A stretch of 63,876 nt of DNA, the filler included, from Collodictyon triciliatum (taxonomy: Eukaryota), in the NCBI GenBank assembly GCA_043381765.1. It is 5 parts of 5 records of this genome, joined end to end, with 100 filler letters (N's around TTAATTAATTAA, not from the genome) between each part and the next. Parts side by side here need not be neighbours in the genome. Positions count along the whole stretch, not along the records: positions 23,586 to 47,018 come from JBHJMP010001119.1; 4 more parts are not named here. The stretch is one strand, 5' to 3'. Both the position numbers and the translations under genes were made by a program. Shown here in pieces: positions 24,760-41,929 of the stretch. The notes below the pieces were generated by a model. That model searched no databases. It saw nothing but the letters and a program-made list of their open reading frames with translations, and had not been told where the DNA came from. Position 1 is the first letter of the stretch, and the number at the start of each line of letters is the position of its first letter.

Positions 24760-26842
24760 TCATGAGTATGACGGGCGCGGGGTGGTCACTGATATGGAAC
24801 GAATGCGGTTTCCTGGCGCACTCGTTGGTCTCGAGGGAGATATTTTCGGAGTATTAATCGGTGTCGCCTTTGACGGTGTCTTTGTTGCGGCAGTTTGGTT
24901 CGCACTTAAGGGGATGCACTCAGCCTGCAAATGTACAAGATGGTCTTGTTTCTAGTGGCAGATTTATCCAATTCCAACAAATAAAATAAAAAACCAAAAG
25001 TGTTTATATCAAATTAATCCAAATTTTGAATGTCGATAAGACATTATTACTTGTTCCTGATCTATTGGATGGCGAGACTCTCTTCCCTGCGCAAACGTGC
25101 ATATGGTGTTGACGAATATAATTGAATTGTGAAGGGAAGAATGTATTTCTTTGCTTGAAAATAGAATCACAGTTTAGTTATTGCTTGATATCATGATTTA
25201 TTCTACCTTGTACATTCGACCATCAATACCGACGATTGTGTATTGTTTCGATGCCATGGAGGATTCGAATACAGTACTCATATTTCTACAGAAAGGTTTC
25301 TTATTCACACCATTTTCTTTAAAAATGAAAAAAGGTATCACATATATACATGGAAGTTATTTTCTTTATAGTATTAAATATATATTATAAATGCATCTTT
25401 TACACATTAGTGGAGTCATTTTCTGCTTTGCATTGATGAAAATCCTTCCCCATCGAAAGTCGATTACACGAAAGGCATCTATAGTGCACTCGAGATATAA
25501 CGCTATTTGTTCCCTCGCTTTCGAGCAACTGACTCAATATTTCTCTGATTTCGTACAATTCCATCTAAAGAGATAACCAATTCAATATACGCACAAGATT
25601 GGCTGCAATATATGAATTGGTTCGTTACTCTTTCTGCTTTTTCGTCTAATTTGCCCATTATTTCTTGTGTTTGGAAGAGATGTGCCTGATTTTCTAAATC
25701 CTTCAAAGACTTAGAAAGTAGGAGATAAGTATGGAAGCTTTATGATGATTTCAAATAAGATGAAATGATATGTTGAAGCTATTCAAAAAAAAACCTTTAC
25801 TAGTGGCTGTATTTTACTCTCGGTAATATACGAAGATAAATTCGAGGACAATTTACTAAACGTGTCCTATAGAATTTCATTCAATTTTGTATGTTTACTT
25901 TATTTAAAGAGATAGAGACATTCATAGCTTTAGTTATTGTTCGCGGTCTCCTTTTGGGTTTCCACACGATGAATGATTTCCATAAAAAAAAAATTCCCTC
26001 TGCATCCGATATGAAAAAGTTCCATTTAAGTATCTGAGAAGGAAAACACATACATTAATCATAATAAAGTTGTCCTTCAGCACACGGAATTCTCGATCGA
26101 TTGATAAGAGCTTAGCGTCCATGCTCTTAACTTTAGAATCATCGGCCTTTCTTCCCTCCATAAAAGACAACCGTTTTTCCACGTCTGCCTTCACTTGCTC
26201 AAACGACCATTTAATTTCATCGATATCTGATTTTACCACTCTGGATTGAAGAGTTGTTTTCAAGCTATCCAAATCAGCAGGATTGACTTTCTTAACTAAT
26301 TCCAAAGAAAGGTTCTCCACAAGCTTCTCATGTCTTTCTGTCCTTCTCATGGTACTTTCTGCTATTTCGACAACCTCTTTTCGAAGCTGATCTCTGATTT
26401 CTAACTCTGTCATCATTCTGCTGATGTCAACCTTACTCTCCATCGTTTTTTCAATGGCAGAGAGCCGACTAACAATCTGAATTTCTGATGAAGCCTTATA
26501 TGCTTCATTTAGATGATGCACTTGTTGCTTTGTTTTGGACAGATCAACGCGGGTTTCCTCAATCTTATCTGTACTAAGCTTGATGTTGACCTTCGCTTCT
26601 CCGATTTCATAGTCACGATGATCACTTTTTGTTTTTAATACTTTGACTTCATATTCATGCTTATCCAACCTTTGGTGAATCCATGATTCATTTTCGTTCA
26701 GCTTCGCTACTTTCATTCTTACCTCTGTGATGGCGGCATCTTTTTGAATTAGAGCTTCTTGCAACTCATCAACCTTGGCCATCAAAGTGCGGACATTGTC
26801 TTCAAGTACGAAGACCTTCTGTAATATGGCGTGTTGATTCAT
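24760..26842 (-). CDS. Coiled-coil protein of unknown function, multi-exon
   Basis: Long first exon with heptad-like E/K/L-rich sequence; last exon is S/P/T-rich and ends ...TTPRPSYS* (TGA 24760-24762). Confidence 0.75.
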
Positions 26843-26911
26843 TCATGGGTGTTTGATGGGGGGTGAATAAGCTGGGAGGGGGTTATACATGTGTGTGTTG
26901 GTGATGAATAT

Positions 26912-26949
26912 TTTTTTTTCCTTTATTCGATTCAAAGTGTAGCGAGGTT
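26912..26949 (-). mobile_element. 38-bp retroposon 3'-end fragment with a perfect 18-bp TSD
   Basis: T8-CCTTTATTCGATTCAAAGTGTAGCGAGGTT is flanked by TGTGTTGGTGATGAATAT at 26894-26911 and 26950-26967. Confidence 0.88.
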
Positions 26950-27689
26950 TGTGTTGGTGATGAATATAATGAGAACCTTGATTTCTTCTGAGTTCCTCTT
27001 CAAAGTGGCCTCTTGAACCTCTATCAATGAAAGGATACTTGCGAGTACGTTCTCAAGAGGGTTGAATGTTATCAACTGTATATTAAGCGAGGTGTGTTTT
27101 GGGTTATTCTATTTGTCTGGAGCTGGGAAGGCGCATTCAAAGGATTGGAAAATGTGTCATTGAAAAAAATGCGTACAGATGGGAAAAGCGCTTTGATTGT
27201 CGCAGCTTTGTCTGTTTCTACCGGCTCCATAGTCCCTGTCTTCAGGGGGAAAGTTACTCAGTTCCGCATTTTTCTTGTTGGGTTTTTTGGGTTTTTTTTT
27301 GGGTTTTTTTTTGGGTTTTTTTTTGGGTTTTTTTTTGTTTCTTTCTGATCCAAAAAAGCCACCAGCATGACCTGTCTCGGGCTGGTGATGATTCTCCCCA
27401 TAAAACACGACCGTTTCATCACACAACCATAAACCAAAAAAGCAATGAAAAAAAAAACAACGCCAAAATCAGAGTCGAATCCCAAACCACACACCTCCCA
27501 ACCGCCTCCCTTCGGTTTTCCAGCACCAGAGTTAGGCGCCTGTTTCCTTCTAGGGCTGTGCTGGAGAGTTCAGGAATGATGAAGGGAAAAAAAAAGAGCT
27601 AACACGACAACCAGTTGGCGCATACGGCTTGACCCGCTTTGTAGGAAGAAAAACTGAGCTTTATTGAATCGAGTGATGCCGAAAGGAAG

Positions 27690-30600
27690 TTATGAGTCCA
27701 TCGGGTTGATGCTTTGTGGTGTGCTTCGTTTGAGCTTCCATGCGTGCGATGCAACCGGGTTACGTAGCTTCGATATGACTTTATCCCAAGTCAGCTCCAA
27801 AATAAAGACGCTCTTGCTATCCAGAAAGTCAAAAAACAGTGCAGGGGTGTCTCGGAGAACCAGCTGTCGTATGATAGGCAAAAATTAGAACAAGAGAGAA
27901 AAAGAAAATAAAAAGGAAAGGAGATTGTATCATCGGAAATAGAGTGTGATATAAAAGGATTTGGTTGGTTTGTAAACAGCTGGAAAACGTGCATGGGCTT
28001 CAGATGTTGATGAAGACAGCCTAAGTGCTGGCGAAAGCTCATGTGTACCATCTTCGGGTTGGGTGGTGGGCTGTAATTGTGTTTGTGGGTATGTGTGATT
28101 GTGAGTAATGGGATAAACTAGCACACAGGTCTAGTAGAACAACTAAATCGTTAAGGAAAAAAATATCGAGTGCGGAATACACATTAATGTTTGCAAAGAA
28201 CAGTGTGTGAGAAACAATCCGAGTATTTGCATCACAAATGTGCTTGAACTTTGGAGTGGGCGGAATCAATAACGAACCGGCGAGAGGTGGTAGCGCATGA
28301 TAAACCAAGTGTGATACGCAAAAAAGAGGGATGGATCTGATTGATCGGGAGAAATGACAAGATTCGACGCATTGTAGACAAACTTTGGTTTTGGGTTGAT
28401 GTCCGGCTCAGTTCTTTATGGATGAATGAATGTTGTTTTTTTCTTAGTTTTTTTTTTTAGAAAGATCGCATCCGATGCAAGTTTTTTTACGCAAAAAAGG
28501 TGAAGTTAACAAATTGGTCTAATTTTTTTTTCTGATTGCATTTCTGTGGGATTTTTAACCGATGAATGAAAACAGTATTACGTCGACCCAAATGGATGAA
28601 TGTGGCCTGGCTTCAATCCTATGGATTTTATGAGATTGGAAGTCGTGAGATAATGCAGTGCGAGGCTTTGCGGGTCAAACGCCATGGATAATACGCTGTG
28701 GCCACATAAGACAAATTTTGCGTTCTGTGCGACAAATTAAATCCCTTTTTTTAGAATCTCACTGGAAAAAAAAAGGATTAGGTAATTAAATCAAATAGTT
28801 TCGTTTCTATGAAATAGGGCACTGAACATATTAGGTCCTACCTCAATAACGCCGTTTTCCATCTGGTAAATACCGATATTATTCCTGACATCGGCAACTG
28901 AAATAAATTTACAGTCATTGCTGACACATCCTGATGTAATGGTATGAGCATAACCCTGGCTTGAATCCCTTCCTATTTATAAGGATGATTTTACCATCAC
29001 TAATTAAAAGCTAAAATGAATATGTGAATCCATATGTGCCAAAAAAAAAACCCTCGATTGTCAATCTAACACTAAAATGTATGCATTTTTTAGAAACTGT
29101 TTTAATGTAAAAGAAAAGAGTAAAAGGAACCTGATTGATTGGCCATGAATAGTTCTGTATGGTTGACGGTGGATAAAACAGTAATGTCGTGAACTCGAAT
29201 AATCTTTATTTCGTCGAAATTGGCACCAGTCCCAAGCAAAACAACATGCTTTCCATCACTAGTGAATACCAATTTTCTGCATGGTTGAATGCCTGTTGGG
29301 TCCAGTACGGGTTTCACAAAAGAGATAATCTAACATAAAAGATCATCTTCTTACTGATAAGCTATCAAGATAACGAAACATGATAATTATACCCAAAAGT
29401 TTTCTTCAAGGAAAGTTTATAATAGGTATGCCTTTCTTGTACGAGAGAAAAAAATATGTGCTTCTCTATGCGTGTTATTTTGGTTTAAATAAAGAAGAAA
29501 AAACAGAAAGAATACATTTTTAAAATATGAAATCTCATAAAGCCGTGTTTCTTCATTTGTTGTGAGACCGAGATACTTGCCGGAAGGAGACATAGCTGAA
29601 TCCCGAATGTTTGATTTAACCTAATTTTTTTTTAGTGGAGTGTGGGTTTAAATGTGAATATATTGATCAAATTTCACGGTATATGCTTAGCATAAAAATA
29701 AAATAAAAAAATAGACCAACCACCTCAAGTTTTTAAAAGGAAAATAATTCATTGAGTCCGAATATTGAATTAAAAAATGGACCTTTGGCATGATTTTCGC
29801 AAGGAAGCAAGCTTCAGGGCCTTGACCACCTCCTTGTTTCATTGATTTGGAATCTGTGTATAGAGGACAGATTAATGTGTGAGTCATTAGAAGAAGAAAA
29901 GTATCCTAAAGTAAGATTTTTTTTCCCTTATCCTAAGAGTAAGATTAAATGATACTCTTTCTGTTCAAAATTAGGGAGATAAACGTAATAGGGAGAAAGA
30001 TCGACATCGTTCTTATGCAAATACCTAAAGAGAGTCTCCATATATGCAACTCTCGGTTATGTCTGACCAGAAGTAGTCGTTTCTTTCTCACCAAAGACGC
30101 AATAGAGTCATTTGGAAATGGATAAGCTGGGTAGAGCTTGTGCAGCTGAAAGTTTGATATCGGAATTCCTTGTATAATAGTATCGATACCGCCAGTTATG
30201 ACAATCCCATCAACAATCTCTACAGTTCGAATATCGTGGCTGTGAGGTTTTCGGGAGAAGTTAACTGTCCATTCGAGGCCGTTCTACAGCAATTACACAG
30301 ATCAGCAGATAATCAGATCAAGTTGATAGTATAATGAGTACTTTTTCCTTTCTTTTTTTTTTTGAGATAATTTGATTGACAGTAGATATATAAATAGATT
30401 GCTAGTGAGGCACATGGCCGTTTTTTTTATCTCATGTGTTCCATTCAATTGAGTTGTTTTTTAAATGATGAATATGTGCCATCCTGGGTAATTATATATC
30501 GAGAACAAACTAGACATCATAAGAAAAGTAGAAATTGCTAGAAACCTTTCCTATTGATGATTGATACATGATCAACTGTGTGTCCACACCAGCAGAGAAA

Positions 30601-32342
30601 ATAATATTTTCTTCTTTGGATACTACCAGACTCGTTACATCGCATTCGTGTTCATGGTAGGAGTGGATTGAAGTTCCAAAGTTGCTATCCCAGAATTCTG
30701 TGAAACCTCCGGCTGACGCAGTCACGATTACGTTGGTACTAGGCAGCGAAACTTTCTTGAAGAAGAGGAAATAGAAGATACACTAAAGATGGAATGATAT
30801 TCGCGTACCTCAGAAAAAGTAGCGCCCAGACATTTCTAAATTTCGACATTTCACTTGTTTCGAATGTAACATTTATTTTGTTTGCTTCTACGTCCACGAC
30901 AGAGACCATACCTCCAGAGCTTCCGACGGCAAGCAGGTCACCCTTTGGGTGCCAACAAACAGACAATAGCCTTTCTAAATGGAGATATAAAAAAGAAAAG
31001 AAAAGAAAAGAAAAGAAAAGAAAAGAAAAGAAAAGAAAAGAAAAGAAAAGAAAAGAAAAGAAAAGAAAAGAAAAGAAAAGAAAAGAAAAAGGAGTTAGTA
31101 TGACCATAAAATTTTATGAAATCACTGCTGGGAATAGATAATAAGAATACAGAAACAAGCTTGTTCGAGTGGTGCGTATTTCCAAAAACATGAAGACAAA
31201 CAAGAAAGAAAATTTGCTCGAGACATAATCAAAATGGTGGTTCATTATTGAATGTGTATTCAAGTGTAACCTTTACAAATGGGGGTGACTTGCTTCAGCT
31301 CGAATCGGTCGGATGAAATGTCAAAAATACGAAGATTTCCGTCCTCGTATACAACCGCAATGCACTTTCCTGACGGACTAACTGAAATGCACCATATCCC
31401 GCTGCCAGACGATGGAACGGAACTCTGTATCAATAGATTTTGAGTGGCTGTCTCACTTTTTCTCTCCTTTTTATTTATCAAATATGCGACACATTATAAC
31501 TCGACAGACCGTATAATTTTTTAAAATTAGAAATATATCATGGTGATAGCAACAATAGAGTTGACTATGAAGCGAAACAGGCAGAAAATGCAATTTTCTT
31601 TTTAGTGCAGAATGATAATGATTAGTATGCTATCGGACTTTGTCCATCAAGGACTTACTTTTACAATTAGTCGCTGCAAATCCCACTCCACCAGCGCTCC
31701 AGACAATGAACCGCCAAAGAGTCTGGTGGAGAGCCCTTGTGTAAGTGAGTCCATCGTGCGGATCGGACGTTTCGAGCTACCATAAATGACCTAATTAACC
31801 AAACAACAAGATATTAGCGTTCTGAAATAATAATGCCAACAGCGACGAGGGGATAAACAATCAAGAACCACATTAGCACAAAGATTCAACAGCAACTCTC
31901 CACATTATGTCTCTTATTTTCTATTATTACTTATTAAAACATAAGAATCGTGGCTGGATGACAGTCGTTGAATGATTCAGTGATTTATGTATGTACCAAA
32001 AGTGGCTTCAATATTAAAAAGAAAATGGAAGAAAAAGAGTTTGAAAAACATAATGAACCGATAAGCGCAAAAACAAAAACAAAAACAAAAACAAAAGGAA
32101 AACAATATGACAGTGAATATAGGAAGTTGAGGGGAAAAGAAAAAAAAGAGGGATGCCCCAAAAACTAGGCCAGTGGGTTCAACCTGTGCCATTTGAAGAT
32201 AGGGTTTTGTTCGCCAAAGCTCCACGTTTCCATTCGCTCGAGAGACTGCGAAGCTTTTTCCTTGGTCCAGCCTTCTCAGGCACTCAATTCCAGACGGCCT
32301 CCAGTTCACAAACTGCCCGCGATGAAGGGTGTATTCGGTCAT
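27690..32342 (-). CDS. UTP4: U3 snoRNP WD40 protein UTP4/cirhin, multi-exon
   Basis: MTEYTLHRGQFVNWRPSGIECL...AVSRANGNVELW; GIWCISVSPSG...YEDGNLRIF; LSVCWHPKG; HSHDIRTV...TGGIDT; C-terminal LFFDFLDSKSVFILELTWDKVISKL. Confidence 0.88.
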
Positions 32343-33424
32343 TTGTTCGGGTCTGGGTGCGAAGTGGTGTGAGATTTCATGGTGGTTTCCGTTGAATAGA
32401 AGCCGGATCATCGCTTGTTAGAAAAACTGTGTGCGTTGGATTTCTCGCTCAACATCTCTTTTGTCATCATGTATATTCGAAGCTGCCGGGCTGCGTTGTC
32501 TTTGAAGCTGCTCCTCTTGTATTTCTGGCTGGCCTTCTTTCTCTCTGGATTTCGCTTCTTTGTTTGATCATATTGCGGCGCTCGTGAGGCGATTATGATG
32601 CTGGTAAAGGGCGGTGTGGTCTCTCTTCGTCGCATTTCTGGAATATATACAATAAACAGTAAATATGATTAAATTGAATCCAGGAATCATGTTTGTAACT
32701 CAATATTTATGTTGCGTTAATATATTATATATATTTTACTAGTTGATCGACGGCATTAGTCTCGACAACATCCAGAATAGGCATAAATCGGAGAAGTACA
32801 GATTCACCGGGCTTCGTTGAAAGCCGTTACTTTGATTCTATTCCAAATTAGTATTCCACATAAGGCGCTTCTGTCCTACTGAATATCCTTTTTCGCATCC
32901 CGAATCCACATCAATCAAACCAGCCACCAATCAAAATGAATCACAAACACATGATGGCCAAAGACCGAAACGAAAAACCAAAACCAAAAACCAAACTAAA
33001 ATAAAGACCAAGGGATAACTCGAAACCTGAAGGCGAAGCAAAGACTCAGCGCGCCCAAAGTCGAATCACCCACCAAAGAGACAGGACAGTCTCGCCAGTG
33101 ACAAACTGGTTCGGCTGGGCTTCTTTAGCTCGGCGCTCATTTGTTGGTGTTTTAAGTGTTCCTTTGGGTTGTATTTCTCTGGTTCAAACTCTTTTGTCCC
33201 AAGCCTGCCCTTCGTTAGTTTCGGTGTGAGTCAGGGTCTATAATAGCCTTAGCCTCGAGTCCTTCATCATAATTGAATGTAGAAAAAAAATAGGTGAAAG
33301 CTCTGCAGTGTGTTTTCATAAGTGAGGACTAAATGATGTGACCTTTTGAAAAAAGAAAAAAGAAAGAAGAAAAAAAGAAAAAAAAGAAAAAAAAAGAAAA
33401 AAAAAGAAAAAAAAGAAAAAAAAG

Positions 33425-33518
<94 letters not shown>

Positions 33519-33692
33519 NAAAAGAAAAAAAGAAAAAAAGAAAAAAAGAAAAAAAGAAAAAAGAAAAAAAGAAAAAAAGAAAAAAAGAAAAAAAGAAAAA
33601 AAGAAAAAAAGAAAAAAAGAAAAAAGAAAAAAGAAAAAAAGAAAAATGGAAATGGAAAAAAATGGGGCATTTTAGGAAATCAGCAACAAAGC

Positions 33693-36579
<2,887 letters not shown>

Positions 36580-36688
36580 CCACCCACTTAAATATAACCA
36601 TCTTTCTCATCTAGCTTTTATTATTCTGAATGCCTATCTTAAAATTCTGGCCTCTTCATCCCTTTCTCATTATCTGTTCTCTTCTAAA

Positions 36689-36742
36689 GCCCCTTGTATG
36701 GCATAACCTCGTCTCACTTTGAATCGAATAAAGGAAAAAATA
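36689..36742 (+). mobile_element. 54-bp retroposon 3'-end fragment with a perfect 14-bp TSD
   Basis: GCCCCTTGTATGGCATAACCTCGTCTCACTTTGAATCGAATAAAGGAAAAAATA is flanked by TGTTCTCTTCTAAA at 36675-36688 and 36743-36756. Confidence 0.88.
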
Positions 36743-37063
36743 TGTTCTCTTCTAAAAACAAACTATGTTGGAAAACTTTTAGCGTCAGATATTTATCAAT
36801 CCTCTTTCTATTATTTCGACTCATTTCGACTTATATCTTACTATTTGAGCTTTATTAACCTAACTCTCACAAAAGCAAATTTATCATAACCACCAGCCGT
36901 TCCATTTAAGCGTTATGACCTTTTCTTTTTTCTTTTTTAAAAATGAAACAGACAAACGTTAGCTTAACATTACAATGATTGCACGAGAGATACTTTCTAT
37001 TTTCCCTCATATTGCACCTATTTCACATGAATAAGATGACACATAAAAAAATATGATAGAACT

Positions 37064-39839
37064 ATGGACACAAAATTCGAGGGGAATCCGTCGCCCAGTC
37101 AGTCACTAGCATCCAGGTTTTCAGTCTTTTATTGCATCGAAAATATCATTTTTACCAGAGGCAGTCGACCTATGTGGATAAAGTTCCAATTAAGTGTCGT
37201 GTAATTATGTCTCCATTATGATTAGCACAACGAAATCTCTTGGGTTTATAAACCCGCCGCCTATATGAATTGAAAATTTGTACAGCTATTCTCGGCCTCA
37301 GTCATACCCGATAACCACTAACCCGACTCAGTGGCTATGTTTGTTTTTGTTTTCAAACATGAGATTTAAAAAAATCGCCTCATTTATCACTATAATCATT
37401 TATTTTTATCTTATTTTCAAATGATTTGGCCACTATACACAAATACAATATTAATATTGTATTTATGATAACTTGTGGCGTGGTATCTTCTTGAAAGACC
37501 AAATAAGCCAGGGTGACCAGGACATGCTTGCGCATGCGAAAGAACTAGGGCCAAAAATATCAATAACTACCGAGCTGTTTGTCCAGGTACTAATTCATCC
37601 GCATTTCGCGCAATCTTTGTGTTCATTGGGTATCTAGGCTGACTTGGGTGATTTCCAATCAAATTCTATATTGTATTTCTTGCTTTATCACAGCAAAAAT
37701 ATCTTGCTTGGGCTCATACAATCGACTCTGTATTTTTCACCTTCATGAAGGCGTGGAGTAGTGCCAAGAGAGAGGTAATTCCTGCAGTATGTGTATGTTT
37801 ATGTATAAACTATAAATCTAAATTCAAGTATGAATGAATGATTGAAAATGCACTTCATAATATTTTTCAGGTGGAAGAGATATTTTCCCAGATAATATGG
37901 GTTCTTTATGACATTGGGCTCTTCTATTTTGAGGCTGGTACGTACAAATAAAAACTCAGAATAATTATCCCAGTGAAATGGATAATCATTATGACCCTGG
38001 GTACTCAAATTCGTGTCGTTTGTATGTTTCGTATATGTAGTAATATTTCTCTCCTATTCTCATCAAAAGGAAATATTGAATCTGCGCTGAGCATATTAAA
38101 GAGGATGGACGGAATCACAAGTCATTTCGGCGGGCAAAGAACGAAAGAAATCAAGTACTTGATATCAAATATGGCAGCCTTTGGACTATTTAGGTATTCA
38201 TTATTTTTTTTTGTCAGTTTTCAATATCCAAAGATTTATTATGGAATTGTAAATTATTTCCTTCTTTACACTAATCCCATCATTTGTACCATGGCTTAAA
38301 ACATTTAGGCAAGAAAACTTTTCAAAAAGCTATTTGCAATTACAAAAGTCCATGCGAATTATGAATGAAAATGCAAGTTTTTTTCCTCGTTTAAGTTTAA
38401 TAATAATATGTTAGAGAAGAATGTTTCATAGAGTGCCTAATTGTTAAATATTCATTTTTTTTTAGTTCGAATGTTTCATCAAAATTATTATATGAATAGA
38501 ATCCATTAACGGCCCTTGAGACTAACTTGAGAATAGGCTTCGTGCTCACCCACTTGCGAAAGTGATGATTCTGTGTTTATGCGATTAAGAATCTAGCATT
38601 AAGGATATGAAAGGTTTAATTTTTCAAGTATGTATGTTGCATACTCAAACGGGCTCTCTTTTAGGTTCAAGGATGCCATTCAGTCAGTTAAAGCGGCACA
38701 TAAACTTTTCGATTCGTGTAGGTCACTTAAAGGTATGTCTTGCGAATTTTCCAAGTGATTTTTTTTTAAAAAGGGTGAAAATATATTGGTATTGAATATA
38801 AATTCTAGCTGGTCTATTTGTAATTGATAATATGTTCTTTGTGGATGGTTTAAATGCTCCAGAATCGGACATAACTGCATCTCAGATAAACTCTTTTCGA
38901 CGCACTGACCAAATTCTTACTGTTCAAGACATGAGATTAACAATTGTATTCAACTCTAGTATCATATATGTGAGTCAATGAATTCAAATTTCTTAACATT
39001 CTCACGGTCACGCACACATTTTATTTTTTTTTAAAAAAAGTTAATGCTTTGGGTAGTATCACGCAGGAAATGCAAGCTTGCTGACTAAAGCATTGGATGA
39101 AATAAGTTGCATCAGTGTAAACAATTTGCACAATTTGCTCGGAGGCGGCTTCTTTTTCTTCCTTTTTTTTTTTCTAGAAAAACAATAAATACCAAATAAA
39201 TAGACACTCTTCTCTCTCTCTCTTTTTTGTTTCACCCCAAGCATTTCCCTTCATATACTTATTACACGGGATTAAACTAGGCTGCAACACCCCAACCAAA
39301 TGCGTATCAGCAAGAGATATTCAAAGAATGCGAGACTCTCAAACGAGGACCTGTTGTCGTAACTATTAACATTCATAACACTTTATTATATTGCCTGTGT
39401 CATGGTTGGATAATCTTTGTAGTCTAGCAGATTGCTGTACATACGCTTGGCTTTTGGCTATGCCGTTTGTTTTTTCTTTTCTTTTGGAAAATCACTCAGA
39501 TGCTTATTCCCATAGGTCGAGCCTGTCAGCATCGCAAGCCACGTCCCAATTGCAAACGATGGTGATTTGGAGATTTGGTCTCATATAAACGATGTAAATA
39601 GAGTCATCTAAACCGAGTTTGTGTATTTGCGCATACAAAGATTCCTTGCGATATGATAGATTTTTTTCTCACAACGAATCCAAAAGTATTACCCTGTGGC
39701 CATGGTCGTGTCAATCCCTTTTTTCTTTCTTTCTTTCAACTACCCTCTGGATACTCACTAAGATTATCCGTAGCTATCGTCGTCTTCATCGCACATTTTA
39801 TCTCCATCTCAAACCGTGATGGCGCACGATGAGGCATAA
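37064..39839 (+). CDS. Hypothetical helical-repeat (TPR-like) protein with many short exons
   Basis: Spliceable segments VLYDIGLFYFEAGNIESALSILKR and FKDAIQSVKAAHKLF; last exon ends ...QTVMAHDEA*. Confidence 0.5.
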
Positions 39840-40142
39840 CGAACTCCAGGGGAAAAAAAAAAGAAAAAAAAGAAGCGCTATCGCAAGCTGGATGTATTTC
39901 TTTCTTCATCATTCTTTCCCCTAAAAAACCGCCAGTTTTTTACGCCATGTTCTGCATTACATCTTTCCCTTCCCTAATTCCTGAAATATTTTTCTTTTCC
40001 CTTTTTATATATTTATTTTTAAAAAAATAACCTCATCTCACTTTTCATCAACAATTATTCTGTGCCAGAACACTTCATATAAAGAATCGACTTGATTGAT
40101 ACGGCCTTCTGCACGAAAAAAAAGAAGAAAAAAAAGGAGAGT

Positions 40143-41830
40143 TTATAACTCGTCGTGGGCGGTCTCCTCGCTTGCCGAACCGCTTTTTGCCACTTCTTCG
40201 ACCCACTCGGTGATATCCTCCTCTTCATCACTATCGGACACGATTTCTGGCTTCTCAAAAGGTAGGCTGTTTGCAAGGATTCAATTGATTGTCATTGTTG
40301 GATAGTGTAAAAGGAGAAGAAAGTGAGGGGAAATGCGAGGTGGCGTAGAGTTAATATAGCTGAAACCAAACCCGGCATTATCGTGGACGAAAGACAAGAG
40401 CGCTTCGACCGAGTTCACTCCGTTGTATTCAAGCGGGTCACTCTTTTTATTGCTTGGATAAAAGAGGATTTTTGGAAGGATTTTGAGCTGGACTCCTGGA
40501 GGGTCGTTATTACCAACATCCAAATCGGTCTAGTGTTAAAAAAATCCTTTAATCAAAAAGAAAAAAGAAAAAAAAAGAGAAAAGAGAGAGAGAAAACACT
40601 CTTACAATCAAGACAGTATCGATTCCTTCCAGAGTTCTTGCAAGGTCTCGGAAAACCGGGATTCGTGCAGCGCATTCATCGGCAGCTAAATGAATTACAT
40701 CCTCGAGCTCAGAAAAAGATAAAGCAGTGTAATAGGTCAATCATGGCGATGGCTCTTTAGCACCATTCCTTTTATCAGAGGAAAGAGAACTCACCAACCA
40801 AGCATATTTTTACCAGAACGTCTTTTTTCGGGTCGTTCACAGTTTCAAGATAGTTTTTCCCTACAATCGTTCGGACTGGGTGGTCATCAGGCTCCGGAAT
40901 CGGGTCAGAACGAATATGGGGTGTTGCAGTTCCATCGAAAAATGCATTTAACCACTGAATATAATTCCGTATTCTTAGAGAGATAATTATTTCATTCTAA
41001 AGATGGTGGCCAAATGCAAGTATATATTCTCAAACATTTGAAATACAAACAAGGATACTTATGAAAACATATCGAAAAGTGATATTACGTTTCGAATATT
41101 TTCTTTGTCAAATGTCATATCCTCCGGCATCGCATATCGGTAAAACTAATTGTTCATATTTTTTGGCTATATAAATATTGCAACATACACACATAGAAGA
41201 CGGTGACGAATATTTTCCTTTCTTCATCTTTTATTATATAAATGAATGTTTGATTCCTCACAGGCTTGTTTGTCTGCACCACTATTGCAGGGGTGACTTT
41301 CCCTGATAGTCCCATAGCTAAGGCAAAGTCGTTTCGAACATTCCTAGGTAACATTCACAAAAGAAGAATTCAATAAATGCGCGGATGAAAAAGAAGTGTG
41401 TTAATACGTAATTACCTTTTCATATCTAATATGTAAGAAATAGACAGATTAAAGATACTATCATAAAGAATTTACATATCAATCCACAAATAGTTTGCCC
41501 GGTCGCGATATTCCATCGCGATTGGAGTAAAAGTACGAATGGCTGATTCCTTGGCTCGTTTATCAAGGTCATCAACGAAGAGGAAGAGCAGTGGTTTCAC
41601 TTCAGAGTTTAACACAATGTAATTCTCAAGAGTTGCCTCTCCCTGTAATTAATAGAAGTATGGATACTAGTTAGATAAAGCAAAGGAGGATTAAAATAAA
41701 TAAATGAAAAATAAACTAGATTAACTTCATAGAGCAGGTATAAAACAGTGAAAAAGAGAGAGAATCTGATAATTGCGGAGTATGTATTGTTATATAAAGC
41801 GAAAGAATGAAAGAAAGAATGAAAGAATGA

Positions 41831-41929
<99 letters not shown>

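Noticed and set aside
32408-33150. Possible small minus-strand gene upstream of UTP4
   Set aside because: Only short open segments with no recognisable motif; I could not build a convincing spliced model.
33329-33675. Poly-Lys/poly-Phe and similar homopolymeric ORFs (also poly-I, -N, -Y, YL, KR, CV elsewhere)
   Set aside because: Translations of microsatellites lying in introns or intergenic DNA.
41051-41058. GTATCCTT (U12-type donor consensus) on the minus strand in PDI
   Set aside because: The exon is better closed by the upstream GTAATA donor, leaving this motif internal to an ordinary intron.
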